Part shown: positions 52,041 through 64,000 of the stretch, one piece after another
Layout of the letters: each line of letters opens with the position of its first letter
How positions within the stretch are numbered: position 1 is the stretch's first letter
Notes under the pieces: model-generated
Told to the model about the DNA's origin: nothing
Seen by the model: the letters and a program-made list of their open reading frames with translations, nothing else
Databases searched by the model: none
Translations under genes and position numbers: made by a program
DNA from: Zootoca vivipara
Lineage: Eukaryota
DNA: 64,000 nt
Assembly (NCBI RefSeq): GCF_963506605.1
Contig: NC_083279.1
Coordinates: forward strand, 24,242,001 to 24,306,000
Direction of reading: 5' to 3'

Positions 52041-53356
52041 AAACTGTGTTACTTTTAGGGAAATCAGAACTGTGCTTTGCGAATGAATTTTCGGCATGTT
52101 TTTGGCTTCTCTTCGGAAGTATCTTGTACTGACTTCACCAAGCGTTGGAGGGCTCTGTAGCGGTCAAACCTCTTTTCTTCCTGGATATATTGAGCAGGAC
52201 ACTGATTTCCTGCAACACCCTCTTCCCTACTCCCATTGTGATGGGAGGGAATCATGTATTTAATTTATTTATTTTAAAGCCTTAGCAAGAGTTTCAAACA
52301 CACTTTGTAAACTGGGTATCTGAACTGAACTGCCTGCTGGTGATGAGGGTTTTACCGTTCTCCTGCCACCCCTGATTTCTGACTAGGTCTGAAAGCCAGG
52401 TTAGCTATGGAAGTCTGCTGACATTCTCACAGGTAGCATTTTCATGCAAGATACTGTTAACGCAGGCCATATTACGCTACCATATGTGATGAGCACACAT
52501 CCTCTCTTTTTTGCTACTTGTACGTGTCATGGTAATCCACCAGCAGCCTGGACTTCCCAAGGCATGTCTGTACAACAAAACAGAGGGGCATGTACTCAAC
52601 AGCACACAAATGGAATTCATGAAATTTCACGCAATGGAAAGGACAATATCCATGTAGAAAACCAAGCCCTGTCTTTAGTGGTTTTTTACTCTTAGATTAC
52701 ACAAGAGCTTGAGTTCTCACTTTCAGGATTTATACCGGTGCAGGATCCTTCGGTGCAGGTGTATGTTTAGCAATTGCATTAAAAAAAAACCGGAACATTT
52801 TCTGCTCAGCAAGCGGAGGTTGCAACCTAAGGTTCCCTAAATTAAAGTCCTGCAACAATCCTTTTTTGAAAGGTGAGCAAATAAAAGTTTCACAACATTC
52901 AAGCCCTTTTGTTCAAACAAGATGTTCTATTTCAGAGATAGCCTGAGGGGTTTAGAAATGTTCGTGGTGGTAGCTGCAACTGAAGATTCTGTTTTTAAGG
53001 CACCTTTAGCTGAGAAGGAAAGAGAGGCCATTCCAGTAATCCGAACAGCCACACCTTCATGGCATTCCCATAGTAGCCTATACCTCATATCCTCAAAGGC
53101 AGATATGGGAAACCATATGATTACAATGAGCTCCAGTAAAAACTCTGCACATGTGATGCCCAAGATATGCTGTTTATAATGCAGAGACCCCAGGTAATCT
53201 GCAAGAGGTACCTGGTAGGTCAGGGTCCATATCTTTTCTGCCCCTCTACACGTCGCCTGTTATTTATTCTCCATCACTGTTCTAAAAAAAATTTTTTGCA
53301 CCACCTTCTATTCAAATAGAATGCTATAGACATTTTTGAAAAGCATACTTATTTGC

Positions 53357-53405
<49 letters not shown>

Positions 53406-53745
53406 TTGATTGATACCCCGCCCATCTGCCTGGGTTTCCCCAGCCACTCTGGGCGGCTCCCAACAGAACATTAAAAACACAACACAGCATCAAACATTGA
53501 AAACTTCCCTAACAGGGCTGCCTTCAGATGTCTTCTAAAAGTCAGAGAGTTGTTTCTTTCCTTGACATCTGATGGGAGGGCATTCCACAGGGCGGGTGCC
53601 ACTACTGAGAAGGCCCTCTGCCTGGTTCCCTGTAACTTCACTTCTCGCAATGAGGGAACCGCCAGAAGGCCCTCGGCGCTGGACCACAGTGTCCGGGCTG
53701 AACGATGGGGGTGGAGACGCTCCTTCAGGTATACAGGACTGAGGC
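53357..53745 (-). mobile_element. L2 LINE 3' end
   Basis: Reverse complement of ~40015-40400; (AAT)n tail. Confidence 0.93.
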
Positions 53746-54611
53746 CTGAGGGTGCAATCCTGCACAGACTTACTCGGGGGAGGGAGAAAGCTTCTCCTTT
53801 TAACTTGGGGTGTGTTCACACCACAGCTTTAGAGAGCAGTGACCAGCTGTTCACAGCAACATGGCTTGAATAGTGTCACATTCATTTCTGTTTGTGTGCA
53901 CACCCAGGGAGAGTCAACAGGTGGGGATGCCTTTACCCCACGCAAAGGTGTTCATACCTTGGCTGGAAAGGAGTTAAGGAACGGCTTAAGGACTCCAAAT
54001 CAGTGTGAAGATGGTTTGAGAAGCAGCACATCAATCAGTAGTATTTCACAAAATAATACAGGATATGTATGCATTTTAGATGGCATCCTATGGAACATGG
54101 GTTACCATTAAATACTCAGCACTGGATACTCAGTGAGAGCACAGCAAATGGAAATGTCAACACAGCATCAGTGGGACTTATTTCTGGCTAGCTCTGTACA
54201 GAAAGCACCGCCAGTCATATAATTGATTCCTACAGCTGAATTTGAGTATGCTACTATGGATCGATGAAGGGAGGGATAATGAGTTTGTATCACTAGAAGA
54301 GTAAGTTTAGGTAGATGCTCGCACTAGCTTTCCAATATGTATGCTTATTATTATTTCCTGAATGCAGCCCTGTATAGGGGAGTTTTAAATGTTTGATGCT
54401 TTACTGTGTTTGACGTTTTAATTGGTTGGAAGCCACCCAGCATGGCTGGGGCAACAACAGGTAGTTGGTGGTGGTTGCAAAATAAATACTCTTGCTACAT
54501 TTGACACACAAAAAAACAACAGTTATATATTCATCACCCAGACTGCCAACATATTCAACCATTTTAAAAATCTAAATCTTTCACTGCTACAGTGAAGTTG
54601 GTAAAGTCCAG

Positions 54612-54772
54612 TGGACTGTAGCTCAGTGCTTTGGATGCAAAAGGTTCCAGGTTCAATCCCTGGTAAGGATGGCATCTCCTGGTAAGGCTGGGAGAAACCA
54701 TCTCAGAGGACTGAGGGAGAAGGGGTGATTCTAGGTTCAATCTCTGGCATCACCAGGTAGGGCTGGGAATGT
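54612..54772 (+). mobile_element. tRNA-Ala-like SINE fragments; related pieces near 14820, 21895, 37800
   Basis: TGTAGCTCAGTG..GCTTTG..CAGGTTCAATCCCTGG..CATC..CAGGTAGGGCTGGGA. Confidence 0.6.
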
Positions 54773-55778
54773 CATAGAATCGTAGAATCGTAGAGTTGGA
54801 AGAGACCACAAGGGCCATCCAGTCCAACCCCCTGCCGAGCAGGAAACACCATCAAAGCATTCTTGACATATGCCTGTCAAGCCTCTGCTTAAAGACCTCC
54901 AAAGAAGGAGACTCCACCACACTCCTTGGTAGCAAATTCCCCGGCCGAACAGCTCTTACTGTCAGGAAGTTCTTCCTAATGTTTAGGTGGAATCTTCTTT
55001 CTTGTAGTTTGAATCCATTGCTCCGTGTCCGCTTCTCTGGAGCAGCAGAAAACAACCTTTCTCCCTCCTCTATATGACATCCTTTTATATATTTGAACAT
55101 GGCTATCATATCATCCCTCAACCTTCTCTTCTCCAGGCTAAACATACCCAGCTCCCTAAGCCGTTCCTCATAAGGCATCATTTCCAGGCCTTTGACCATT
55201 TTGGTTGCCCTCTTCTGGAGACGTTCCAGCTTGTCAGTATCCTTCTTGAACTGTGGTGCCCAGAACTGGACACAGTACTCCAGGTGAGGTCTGACCAGAG
55301 CAGAATACAGTGGTACTATTACTTCCCTTGATCTAGATGCTATACTCCTATTGATGCAGCCCAGAATTGCATTGGCTTTTGTAGCTGCTGCATCACACTG
55401 TTGACTCATGTCAAGTTTGTGGTCTACCAAGACTCCTAGATCCTTTTCACATGTACTGCTCTCAAGCCAGGTGTCTCCCATCCTGTATTTGTGCCTTTCA
55501 TTCAGGATTTGTGCCTTTCAGGATTCTCAGCAGCCTTACTTAGCAAGGGAGGTAGATGCTAGAGAGCCTATTTAGAACAAGTTTTACATTGGTAAGCAGA
55601 CCTGGGCCGGGAATCAGATGCAAGCTGTGAAATCAAGCCTGTTCTTTGGAAATGGGAAGGTGTCTCCCTCCTCCTGTCTCAGTATCTTCTTCACTCTCCA
55701 GGTTAATCTAACGTAAGTAAAGCAATCAAAATGTAGGTATGCACTTTTCTTTCTTAAAACACACGCACACGCACACGC

Positions 55779-55821
<43 letters not shown>

Positions 55822-55993
55822 AGAATTCCACAGTACTTTACATTTCTCCTTGTTGAAATTCATCTTATTTGCTTTGGCCCAGTTGTCTAATCTGTTAAGG
55901 TCATTTTGAAGTGTGATCCTGTCCTCTGGGGTATTGGCCACCCCTCCCAATTTGGTGTCATCTGCAAACTTGCTCAGGATGCCCTCAAGCCCA
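54773..55993 (-). mobile_element. Young CR1 LINE (5'-truncated), interrupted by an inverted copy of DNA from 45.8-46.15 kb
   Basis: Open ORF2 C-terminus [31 protein letters not shown]; (ATTCTACG)n tail; 5' half KFADDTKLGG..NKMNFNKEKCKVL resumes at 55833. Confidence 0.96.
55397..55832 (-). repeat. Right arm of inverted duplication (partner 45835-46258)
   Basis: Reverse complement of the left arm; the microsatellite here carries (ACACGC) interruptions. Confidence 0.95.
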
Positions 55994-57974
55994 TGTCCAC
56001 TGCCCAAAGCCCTGGAGAGCCACTGCCCAATAATGTGGAACATACTGAACAAAATAGACCAATGATCTAACTGCAAAAGGCAGAAGCATATCATTTAAGT
56101 GCATTTAAGTTTGATTGTGCTTGTAAACTACAATGATTTAATAATCAAGTTAGTATAACTGCAAGCTCTTTAATATATCTGTACTTGTGGGACATCTTTT
56201 GTTTTATGGTTTTCCATGCAAAAGGTAAACAATCTGCTCTACTTCTCTTTTTCCTCTTTAGGCTGCCCCACATGCATTGATTTTCGAGTTCTTCAGCATA
56301 ATAATGGAACTGTGGAATGAAAACCCAAATGCACACCTTATGTCAAAAGAAAAGAAAGCTGGAGGATTCAATTGTAGATGAACTTTCTTAATTACTTAGG
56401 GACTTGTCCCTGTGAATTCAGTGGGACTTATTTCTGAGTGAGCTTGCCCTGGTTTGGGCTGCAACTGGTTAAAATAAAACACCGGAGAAGGGGGGAAATG
56501 CTAATAAATGTAAGGAAATTTGGTGGTGGTGAGCTTGGCAAGGCTGAATTTCCAAATCTTGATGAGTATTCCAGCATACAATGCACTGAAAATTAAATGA
56601 GGTAACAGCACCCCCTTCTGAGAACCAATCCTGAATTTCTGTATTACCCTCACTTTAGAGTACAACTAGGACTCATTTCATGATGGTCACAGATTTCTAA
56701 ATTCAGCTCCTCACCCCTGTCTTTCTCCTGTATACTATTTTGCTTAAAAATGTAGAACATATCCACAATCTTTGTTTGTTTACAGAGACACACATACATT
56801 GCAGTCAATATTTATATAATATTTTATGTATGTTTGTTAATTATGAATATAATATACAGGATGCAATCCTAAGCATACTTACTAGAAAGCTCTATTGAAC
56901 ACAGTGGGGTTTATTTCTGAGCAAATATGTTTAAGGTCAGGATGTCAGAGGAAAGACAGTCGTTCTTCCACTTTGCATGATTAATTGCTTTCTTCCTGTC
57001 AGCATGCCTTGAGATAATAGTTCCAAGTAGCACACCTATTATTTTTTTAATCTTCTGTGCCTTTTTCCATAAAAATGCTCAAGGCAGTTCACAGTAATTT
57101 CTAATACTGAGCAATATCATTATTAAAATATCACAAAAATATATTGCTTTAGTTAGGTTTAGTTTTCTCTGAGTGATGTGTAGTTCAAAGGCACCAGATG
57201 TGAGTGAGTGATGTAACCGTAGGCTTAATTGTTGGGTTTTTGTGATTTGTTTTTCTTACACATATGTACAGGTTGAGCACATTTGGAGATACAGCTTAAC
57301 TCCAACAGATGTCCCATCTCCAAAGCAGATTTCTAGGGGAACCACCAGCACCATCAGATCCTCACAGGAAATCCAGATTCTTACTTGGGCTCTTTCTCCT
57401 TCTGCCAACCTCAATTCCAAAAAACCTGAAGCTAAGTCTCTCCTCCCTTTGGCCAGGCAGAGGACAAAGGATGAGTCATTTCCACCTCTCCACTTTCTGG
57501 CCCATTCACAGGGATAGCAGCTAAGCTGATAATCATCAGTTAAGACAGAGACATGTCTGGGCAAAGAACTTGCCAAGCTGCTTCCTATATTCTTGCCAGT
57601 TCTGGACCTTGATGGAAGCTGTGGGTTAGAAGAGATCCCTCATGGTTGCAGCAGCACTGGTGCTCACCAGGACTAAGATGGGGCGGGGCAGGATGGGGAG
57701 AACCATGTTAGCAGTGGCAGGCACAAGCATGCATGTGAACTTGCACCCACTGCCAACCCAGTACTTCCCATCTCTCATTGCCACCCTAGTCAGCCCTGAA
57801 CAGCAGCGCCACGGCCACAGTCAGGTCAGAACAGTGGGTGGCACACCTTTCCATGCACAGCCTACAAAGGTCCTATTGTGTCTTTTCTACGAGGTGCCCA
57901 GGAAGAATGGAGGCAGCAAAAGCCTCTCTCATGCTCTTCCCCACCGAGAAGGCAGGACTAAAGCTTTCGGCTGA

Positions 57975-58150
57975 TCATTAGGAGAAATTGCTTGACAGTA
58001 AAAGCAGTTTAACAATTGGGCCAATTACCTAGAGGAGTGCTGGGCTCAGCCTCACTGGAGGTCTTCAAGCAGAGGTGGTAGAGCCATCTGCTATGGATGC
58101 TCTAGATTCAGATTTCCTGCATTATGCATGGGGGTTAGACTAGACAGCCT
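57975..58150 (+). mobile_element. Old CR1 3' end fragment
   Basis: CACTGGAGGTCTTCAAGCAGAGG and GGGGGTTAGACTAGA motifs shared with other CR1 ends. Confidence 0.7.
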
Positions 58151-60799
58151 ACATCTATAGGGCAAAGAATGACGTGAATGCTGGAGCAAAGTTTGGGGGG
58201 GAGTAGAAGAAGCAAGAGAGGCAAACACCTAGACTGGCCAATCCACCTGAAAAAAAAAACAGGCAGGTTTGTTATTGTGCCTCAACCCTCAGAAATCAGG
58301 TAGCAAAACTTCATGGCATAGGGATAAACATTATGACCAGCTGCAGAACAAGCTGTCCTCGAAGGAGGGAGCAAGGGCTGACTAAAAAGTTGGGATTCCC
58401 AATGCTCAAGAGTAAGGAAAGTGAAGGAGAGCCAGGTGAGTGATGGGCGGGGAGAGAGATAGGTCCATCAGATACCAGTACATCTGGAATGGTTCTGCCA
58501 ATATGAATGGCAATTATGGTCCTTGAACCATCACCAAACACTATCCAGACTCATGGGGACACTCTTGGGAGCTCTGGTAACTCTCCTTGGCACACCCACA
58601 TGGTGTCATGAGCTGCTTAAGCAGTTTAGCTGGGTTTGGCACCCCTCCCTAATCACAGCACAAGCAAGTGCAGTATCCCATTGAGGTGGATAAACTATCA
58701 GTTCAAGAAATGATGGGTAGTTTGACCATGCATTGCAGTGCAACATGTCAAACTGTACCAGGATTTAGTTCATTGTCATGTTATGTAATGTCATGCCTTT
58801 TGCATTGTTAGACATTCAAAATGCCTTCAGTAAAAATAAAAATACTAAAAAAGAAACATAGCTAAATCTTTGCACAAGTTAAAAATTCTATTAAAATTCT
58901 GCTTGTCATCCAGCTGCTAAAAAGCCATGCCATATAAACCAAGCAACCATACATAAGGATTCATATGTTGTTATCTCCAGATTGTTGTCACACTATCCAC
59001 TGACCCAATGCATTCAAAGTTGTTTCAGTTACACTCTGGGTCATCCAGAGGTCACTTGTTTCCTCTACGGAATTGGGAATTCCCTCCAGCCTATGAGGCC
59101 CCCCGCTTACTGTCCCCTTGATGGGAAAGGGGAGAGAAGTGACCAGAGGAGGTGACTACCTCTGCATTTCCCCCCCCCCCCAAAAAAAATAAGAATGTGG
59201 CCATAGACTTAGAAAGGCCGACTGACTGAGAACCATAATTTAAAATGCTTGGAAAGGACAGAAATGGACAAATTAATTGAAGTGATCTGAAGAAGAGAAA
59301 GTAGACGATCTTTATTGAGAGATGGGACTATTTTGTTTATTACTGAAATGTAAAATATAGAAATGTAATGCTTGAAATAAAGTGGATTTTTTGGAACGAA
59401 GTTAACAATAAACAAAAGATTAAAGGTTGACACCTTGTAGAGTGGAATTTCAACAGGCATTACTTTAACAACCCATTTTCTCATTGAGAGTGTAATAAAG
59501 ATTACTGGCTTCCCATCAGCACCCACTTTACAATGCCTTTTATTGGGGATTTGTGTCAACTCCCAGGTGACCCAGTGATAGTGTTAATAAACAAATTCCA
59601 AGTCTGACACTGGAAGAGAAAATGGATATGTCTTCACTATGTATACCTAAGTAATCTTTCTTGATCTAGAAAAATAAAGCCCAGAGTCCCAAATACTGAA
59701 TTTTTTAACGCTTAAGACAGCAATACTCCTAAGGCAATTCACCTTAAACTTTGCTGTCATGAACAAGACAGGAGAGTATTCAGCCAACATCCCTTTTATT
59801 GATGAGTGAAGTCCGTTGGCACTGCCGTTGTGATAAGGATTTTATTTTATTTTTAAAACCCAAACATGCAAGCAATCAGTTAATCTAACAAATATGTTAA
59901 ATGTTATGGGACAAAAAGGCTGGCTACTCACTGCTTTCATGAGCAGGGGACATAAATCTCTGGGAAAATTGCGCAGATGAAATCTGTGCGGAACACGTGA
60001 AGGGTCTTGGCACGTTCAGGCTCTGGAACCCTGAAGATAAGAGTTTTTTTTAAAGGACATCCTGCCTATCAATACTTCCACAGAGCACACCCTTTTGAGC
60101 TTTAGAAATATATTACATTATCCCTACAGCACACACAACACTTTTTACAATCATCCCCTAAAGCCACATGTATCTTCTTCAGTCCTTACTTAAGCAACTT
60201 TATTTATTTTTTTCTTTTTCAAGGAAAATCCTTTCAGAAAAAGAATGATGGCAAATAACCCAGGCTGCTTTTGCTGAATTATTAGAGCAGGTTTGTTAAC
60301 TAAAGACACTATTTGCTAAAATATTGATTGACTGTCTCATGCTACATTTCCTGCTATAAATACAGGGCACAATTCATCACCCCGTGAACACAGCAATCAA
60401 AGGAACTTAGCATAGGAGGCATAAGAGTCCTGCCCTCCCCAGCTTGTTCTTCTCAAACGTACCACAGTATCCACAAGCTTCTGGCGTAGTACATGAATCC
60501 AGCCATCTCTCCCCTTCTCGGGGACCTGACCAGAAAGCTACCATACTCATCCCGGAGCATGAATAACTTATGTGCAAGGACCAGGAAAGGATACTTTTAC
60601 TGCATATGGGCCTCACTTTGAAAGTAATCATCAGCACAATGGGTTGTGTATCACCTTAAGGGCCATTGGGGGGGGAGGGAGAACAGAGGACTCCGTGGAA
60701 CACTATGGGGCTTCCCTAACATGTATGTAGCAGTGCCCATGGGTGACGGATTGCACCCAGTGTTTTAAACGTTTCAAGAGTTATCACTTGTCTTGTGTT

Positions 60800-61650
60800 T
60801 ACACGGAGCCGTCTTTCCTACTGGAGCTACTGGTGCATTGCGCCAGGGCGCCGGCCTCTCAGAGGCGCCCCAGGGGTGCCCCAGTGAGTGGGGGAGCTGC
60901 GCGGCTTTGCCGGCGGCCTCCCCTTTCCCTGCACGCCGGCTCAAGTCGCAGCGCCCCTGCACCTGCTGCTGCCCTAGCCATGGATGTGCCCCTTTCCGCT
61001 CGCGAAGAGCCGGGAGAGTTCTGGAGGGTGCCACAGAAGAGGTGGAGGCTGGACGCAGCGCCTCCTGTATCAGCTTGCCACCCTCGCCTGCCTCCGCCAT
61101 GCTGCGCTGCGCCCGGAGCCTCCGCCCCTCTGGAGGAGCCGCCCTCCAGCTGCTACCCACCCAGAGGGCTGCCTCTCGCCTTTCCCGTCTTCTCCTCAGC
61201 GAAGGGGCCCTCAGGGCACGGTGGCAGGAGCTGCCAAAGTGCCAAGGCGCACCGTGATGCTTGCGCTTCGCCAGACCCTCACAGCACACGAGGGCTGCCA
61301 GGAGGCGGCCCCCCACTGAGGGCGAGCCCAGAGCTGCCGCCTCTTCCTTGCCACCAGGAGCCTGCGCCTGTCCTGAGCGCAGCAGCAGCAGCAGCTACGA
61401 ACTTACTAGCATGGAAGCACACCCACCACCTCCGTCTCCCAAATGCAATGGGGGAATTTGCGCCCTTGGCAACTCCAGACCCTCTTACTTGCGCTGCTGC
61501 TGCTGCTGCCGAACTTGCTAGTCTTACGAACCTGGAGGCCAGAGCCTCCGTTCTGCCAAGCAGCCGTCTGCTGCCCGCCCAGAGGGAAATGGGGGGGATG
61601 GGGGGTGAAGCAGGGGTCCTTGCCCTAAGGCACAAGATCAACTTAAGACG
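60800..61650. promoter_or_regulatory. CpG-island-like region (putative promoter or first exon)
   Basis: Sharp rise in GC and CpG content over ~850 bp, with no TIR/TSD or similarity to other repeats in the window. Confidence 0.65.
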
Positions 61651-61792
61651 GCCCTGTGTTTACATGACATCACAATGCTTCAGAGCTAGTTACATGCTGG
61701 TTTGCAAAGTTGGAGTGAAAAAAAGTAACAGGGCAGCAAGCCTGTGTTTGCCTTGGAGCGTATATTTCTATCTACATCCACAGCTAACCTGA
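60980..61792 (+). CDS. Hypothetical Pro/Ala-rich protein (270 aa, or first coding exon), unidentified
   Basis: Longest ORF in the window; ATG in strong Kozak context (GCCATGG); N-terminus MDVPLSAREEPGEFWRVPQKRWRLD; GC richness alone can give long ORFs. Confidence 0.4.
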   Translation: MDVPLSAREEPGEFWRVPQKRWRLDAAPPVSACHPRLPPPCCAAPGASAPLEEPPSSCYPPRGLPLAFPVFSSAKGPSGHGGRSCQSAKAHRDACASPDPHSTRGLPGGGPPLRASPELPPLPCHQEPAPVLSAAAAAATNLLAWKHTHHLRLPNAMGEFAPLATPDPLTCAAAAAAELASLTNLEARASVLPSSRLLPAQREMGGMGGEAGVLALRHKINLRRPCVYMTSQCFRASYMLVCKVGVKKSNRAASLCLPWSVYFYLHPQLT

Positions 61793-61984
61793 GATCGCTG
61801 CAGAGTGTAACAGAAACATGCATTTATTGTGCTCATATTCTTTTTATACACACACACACAAAATTTTATGAGCATGTGCTGAAAATGTAACATGTGACCT
61901 GGCCCATCTGGAAAGGGTTCAAGGTCTTATTCTGATATTCATGCATCTCAAATACTTGTGTCTGAGTACTCTCAAATTTCAGAA

Positions 61985-62344
61985 GGGACGCGGGTGGCGC
62001 TGTGATCTAAACCACTGAGCTTGCCGATCAGAAGGTTGGCGGTTTGAATCCCCGTGAAGGGGTGAGCTCCCGCTGTTCGGTCCCAGCTCCTGCCAACCTA
62101 GCAGTTGGAAAGCACCTCAGAAGTGCAAGCAGATAAATAGGTACCACTCCAGCGGGAAGGTAAACGGCATTTCCGTGCACTGCTCTGGTTCGCCAGAAGT
62201 GGCTTAGTCATGCTGGCCACATGACCCAGAAGCTGTCTGCGGACAAACGCAGGCTCCCTCGGCCTATAGAGCGAGATGAGTGTGCAACCCCAGAGTCATC
62301 CGTGACTGGACCTAACAGTCAGGGCTACCTTTACCTTTACCTTT
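61985..62344 (+). mobile_element. Sauria SINE
   Basis: GGGACGCGGGTGGCGCTGTG head, (ACCTTT)3 tail. Confidence 0.93.
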
Positions 62345-62373
62345 AACTCTTACATTTCAGAGGTGCCTGCCTG

Positions 62374-62652
62374 CAGTGGCAGAGCTTCATGCACTGGCAC
62401 CGGGGGATGGAGAGCAGGCAGGGGCGGGGCTGGCATGCGTCCCGGGGTGGAGCGCGCCGCCTGCAGGGACATGGCGCACATTCTGGGGTGTGGCACGCGT
62501 TCTGGGGGTGTGGTGCGCCTCCTGGGGCAGGGACCACCGCCTGTGGGGGTGGGGCACCCAGCACCGGCGGGGGGCAGCCGCGATGGCACCCCACTGGGAT
62601 CGCGCTGCCGGGGGCGGCGCGCTCCTATCGCCCCCCTCTTCCTACGCCCCTG
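62374..62652. mobile_element. GC-rich hAT-type MITE
   Basis: Termini CAGTGGC / GCCCCTG with perfect 8-bp TSD CCTGCCTG. Confidence 0.8.
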
Positions 62653-62759
62653 CCTGCCTGTGACCATTTTCTGCAGGGCTTGAATGGCAGGGAACACCCA
62701 CCTACCATTTGTAGCAGCTACTTTTCAAAAATCCATGGGGGGTATGATTTGGGTCCCCT

Positions 62760-62760
<1 letters not shown>

Positions 62761-62809
<49 letters not shown>

Positions 62810-62828
62810 ATCTATCTATCTATCTATC
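62761..62828. repeat. (CTAT)n / GATA tetranucleotide microsatellite
   Basis: Visible run. Confidence 0.95.
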
Positions 62829-63864
62829 TGCCTGGATCTCTCCACCATGTATTTGGCTATGTTCCTAGCTGAGAAGGGCAGTCTGATCTTCCACTCTGCT
62901 TTGCTTTCTTTGTTCAGGCTGTCTATGCAAGTCCACCCACTGTCCAGTTCTTGAATTACAGAGGAAGCACAGCAGGTTTGGTCAGGCTCTGTTACCTTCT
63001 GCAATGGGTGCCTTAACTGCCTTCTGAAAGAAGGCTACTAGGGTGTGTGTGTGTGCGCGCGCACACACACACCCACCAACACACCCACACGCACATAATG
63101 ATTTGGCTGAAAATGGAAGGACTCAGGGGGTGAGGCTTATAACTTTCATTAAAGGCCCCCTACATTTATCCCCATAATTCAAGCACTGTTTTCCTGGCTA
63201 TTTTCTTGCATGGTTTTTATCAAAATGCAGGGAGAAAAAAGGAACCACTGGGAGCAGCAAATGGTAAACAGGGTCTGAAGAAAGGAGAACTGACCGAACT
63301 TGAAGCAACCTGCGCAACAGGAGGGGGAACTCTTTCTGTGCTTCCCCAGGCCCACTTACACATCAGTGCAAGGGCACGTCATAATCTGTCCCCAAAAACT
63401 CTTATGGAGCGCTTATCTCTCTCCTAATTACCCAACGTACCAATCCAGTAAACATCCCTCACAGCATGGGTCACTCTTTATGCAAAATTACAGGGTTCAG
63501 AATATTTACTAATTGAGCAAGCTGATTGGCTGCATATCTGTAAGTGTCTTCTAATATATTTAATTGCAATGTTTTTGAGTCTGTGTAGTCTGAGACCCTC
63601 TTAGAGTCAGCACTTAGTCCCTTTCACAATTATAAATGTCAGCGACAATAGCAGAGGCTTTCCCCATCTCCAGAGTGAAAGACATTAAAGATGATTTTTG
63701 CCTAGCATAAGGAACAGAGAGCAATTTGGGCTTTTTCTGTTTTTCTGTTTTGTTTTGTTACTTCCATTATTTAAAATTATGGGATTAGGAACAGAAGTTG
63801 TGCATATCAGTCCCTAGTCAAAGACCAAAAGGTCTGTTGAGAACTAACTTTATTTGTTTAGCAC

Positions 63865-64000
63865 ATTTATATTCTGCAATTCCTCCAAGGAGCTCATGGT
63901 GGCTACATGGGTCTCCTGCTGCTGCTTTTTACCCACACAACAGCCCTGAGAGGTAGGTTAGGCTGAGAGACACTGACTGGCCCAAGGGTAACCAGTGAGT
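63865..64000 (-). mobile_element. MIR-like / CORE SINE; related copies at ~6460-6610 and ~43240-43415
   Basis: ACAAC..CCCTG(T/A)GAGG..AGGCTGAGAGA..TGGCCCAAGG motif shared among three copies. Confidence 0.6.

Noticed and set aside
46259-55396. A completed inversion between the inverted arms
   Set aside because: Both CR1 halves remain collinear and in the same orientation, so this haplotype is not inverted
54852-55481. 209-aa ORF as a host gene
   Set aside because: CR1 ORF2 C-terminus; likewise 39785-40273 (L2), 46829-47350 and 2802-3212 (RTE), and 32071-32301 (L1)
57266-57517. Possible terminal coding exon after an acceptor-like TACAG
   Set aside because: No recognisable protein similarity or upstream exon; length within chance expectation
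62343-62868. GC-rich ORFs / second CpG island (also 39036-39513 and 7380-7680)
   Set aside because: Explained by GC-rich MITEs; two are bounded by TIRs and 8-bp TSDs

Overview
This is vertebrate genomic DNA from a squamate reptile, most likely a lacertid lizard (inferred from Sauria SINEs, BovB/RTE, CR1, L2 and tRNA-derived SINEs with CR1 tails). It is gene-poor and repeat-rich, and has four assembly gaps. I recognise no known host protein-coding gene. The identifiable ORFs are LINE remnants (CR1, L2, RTE, L1). Many small hAT-type MITEs still carry 8-bp target-site duplications (TSDs). The most notable observations are: (1) a ~424-bp inverted duplication (45835-46258 vs 55397-55832) in which a unique segment and a CR1 fragment were copied into each other's locus, with a shared template-switch junction and a 33-bp fold-back; (2) a CpG-island-like block near 60.8-61.65 kb holding an unidentified 270-codon Pro/Ala-rich ORF with a strong Kozak ATG, plus a candidate divergent exon; (3) a minimal hammerhead ribozyme core in a Penelope-like fragment; (4) a perfect RFX X-box inside a repeat-poor, enhancer-like block; (5) several palindromic repair or excision scars. 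Nothing here supports a new multi-gene system. The rearrangement and the orphan ORF are the best leads.
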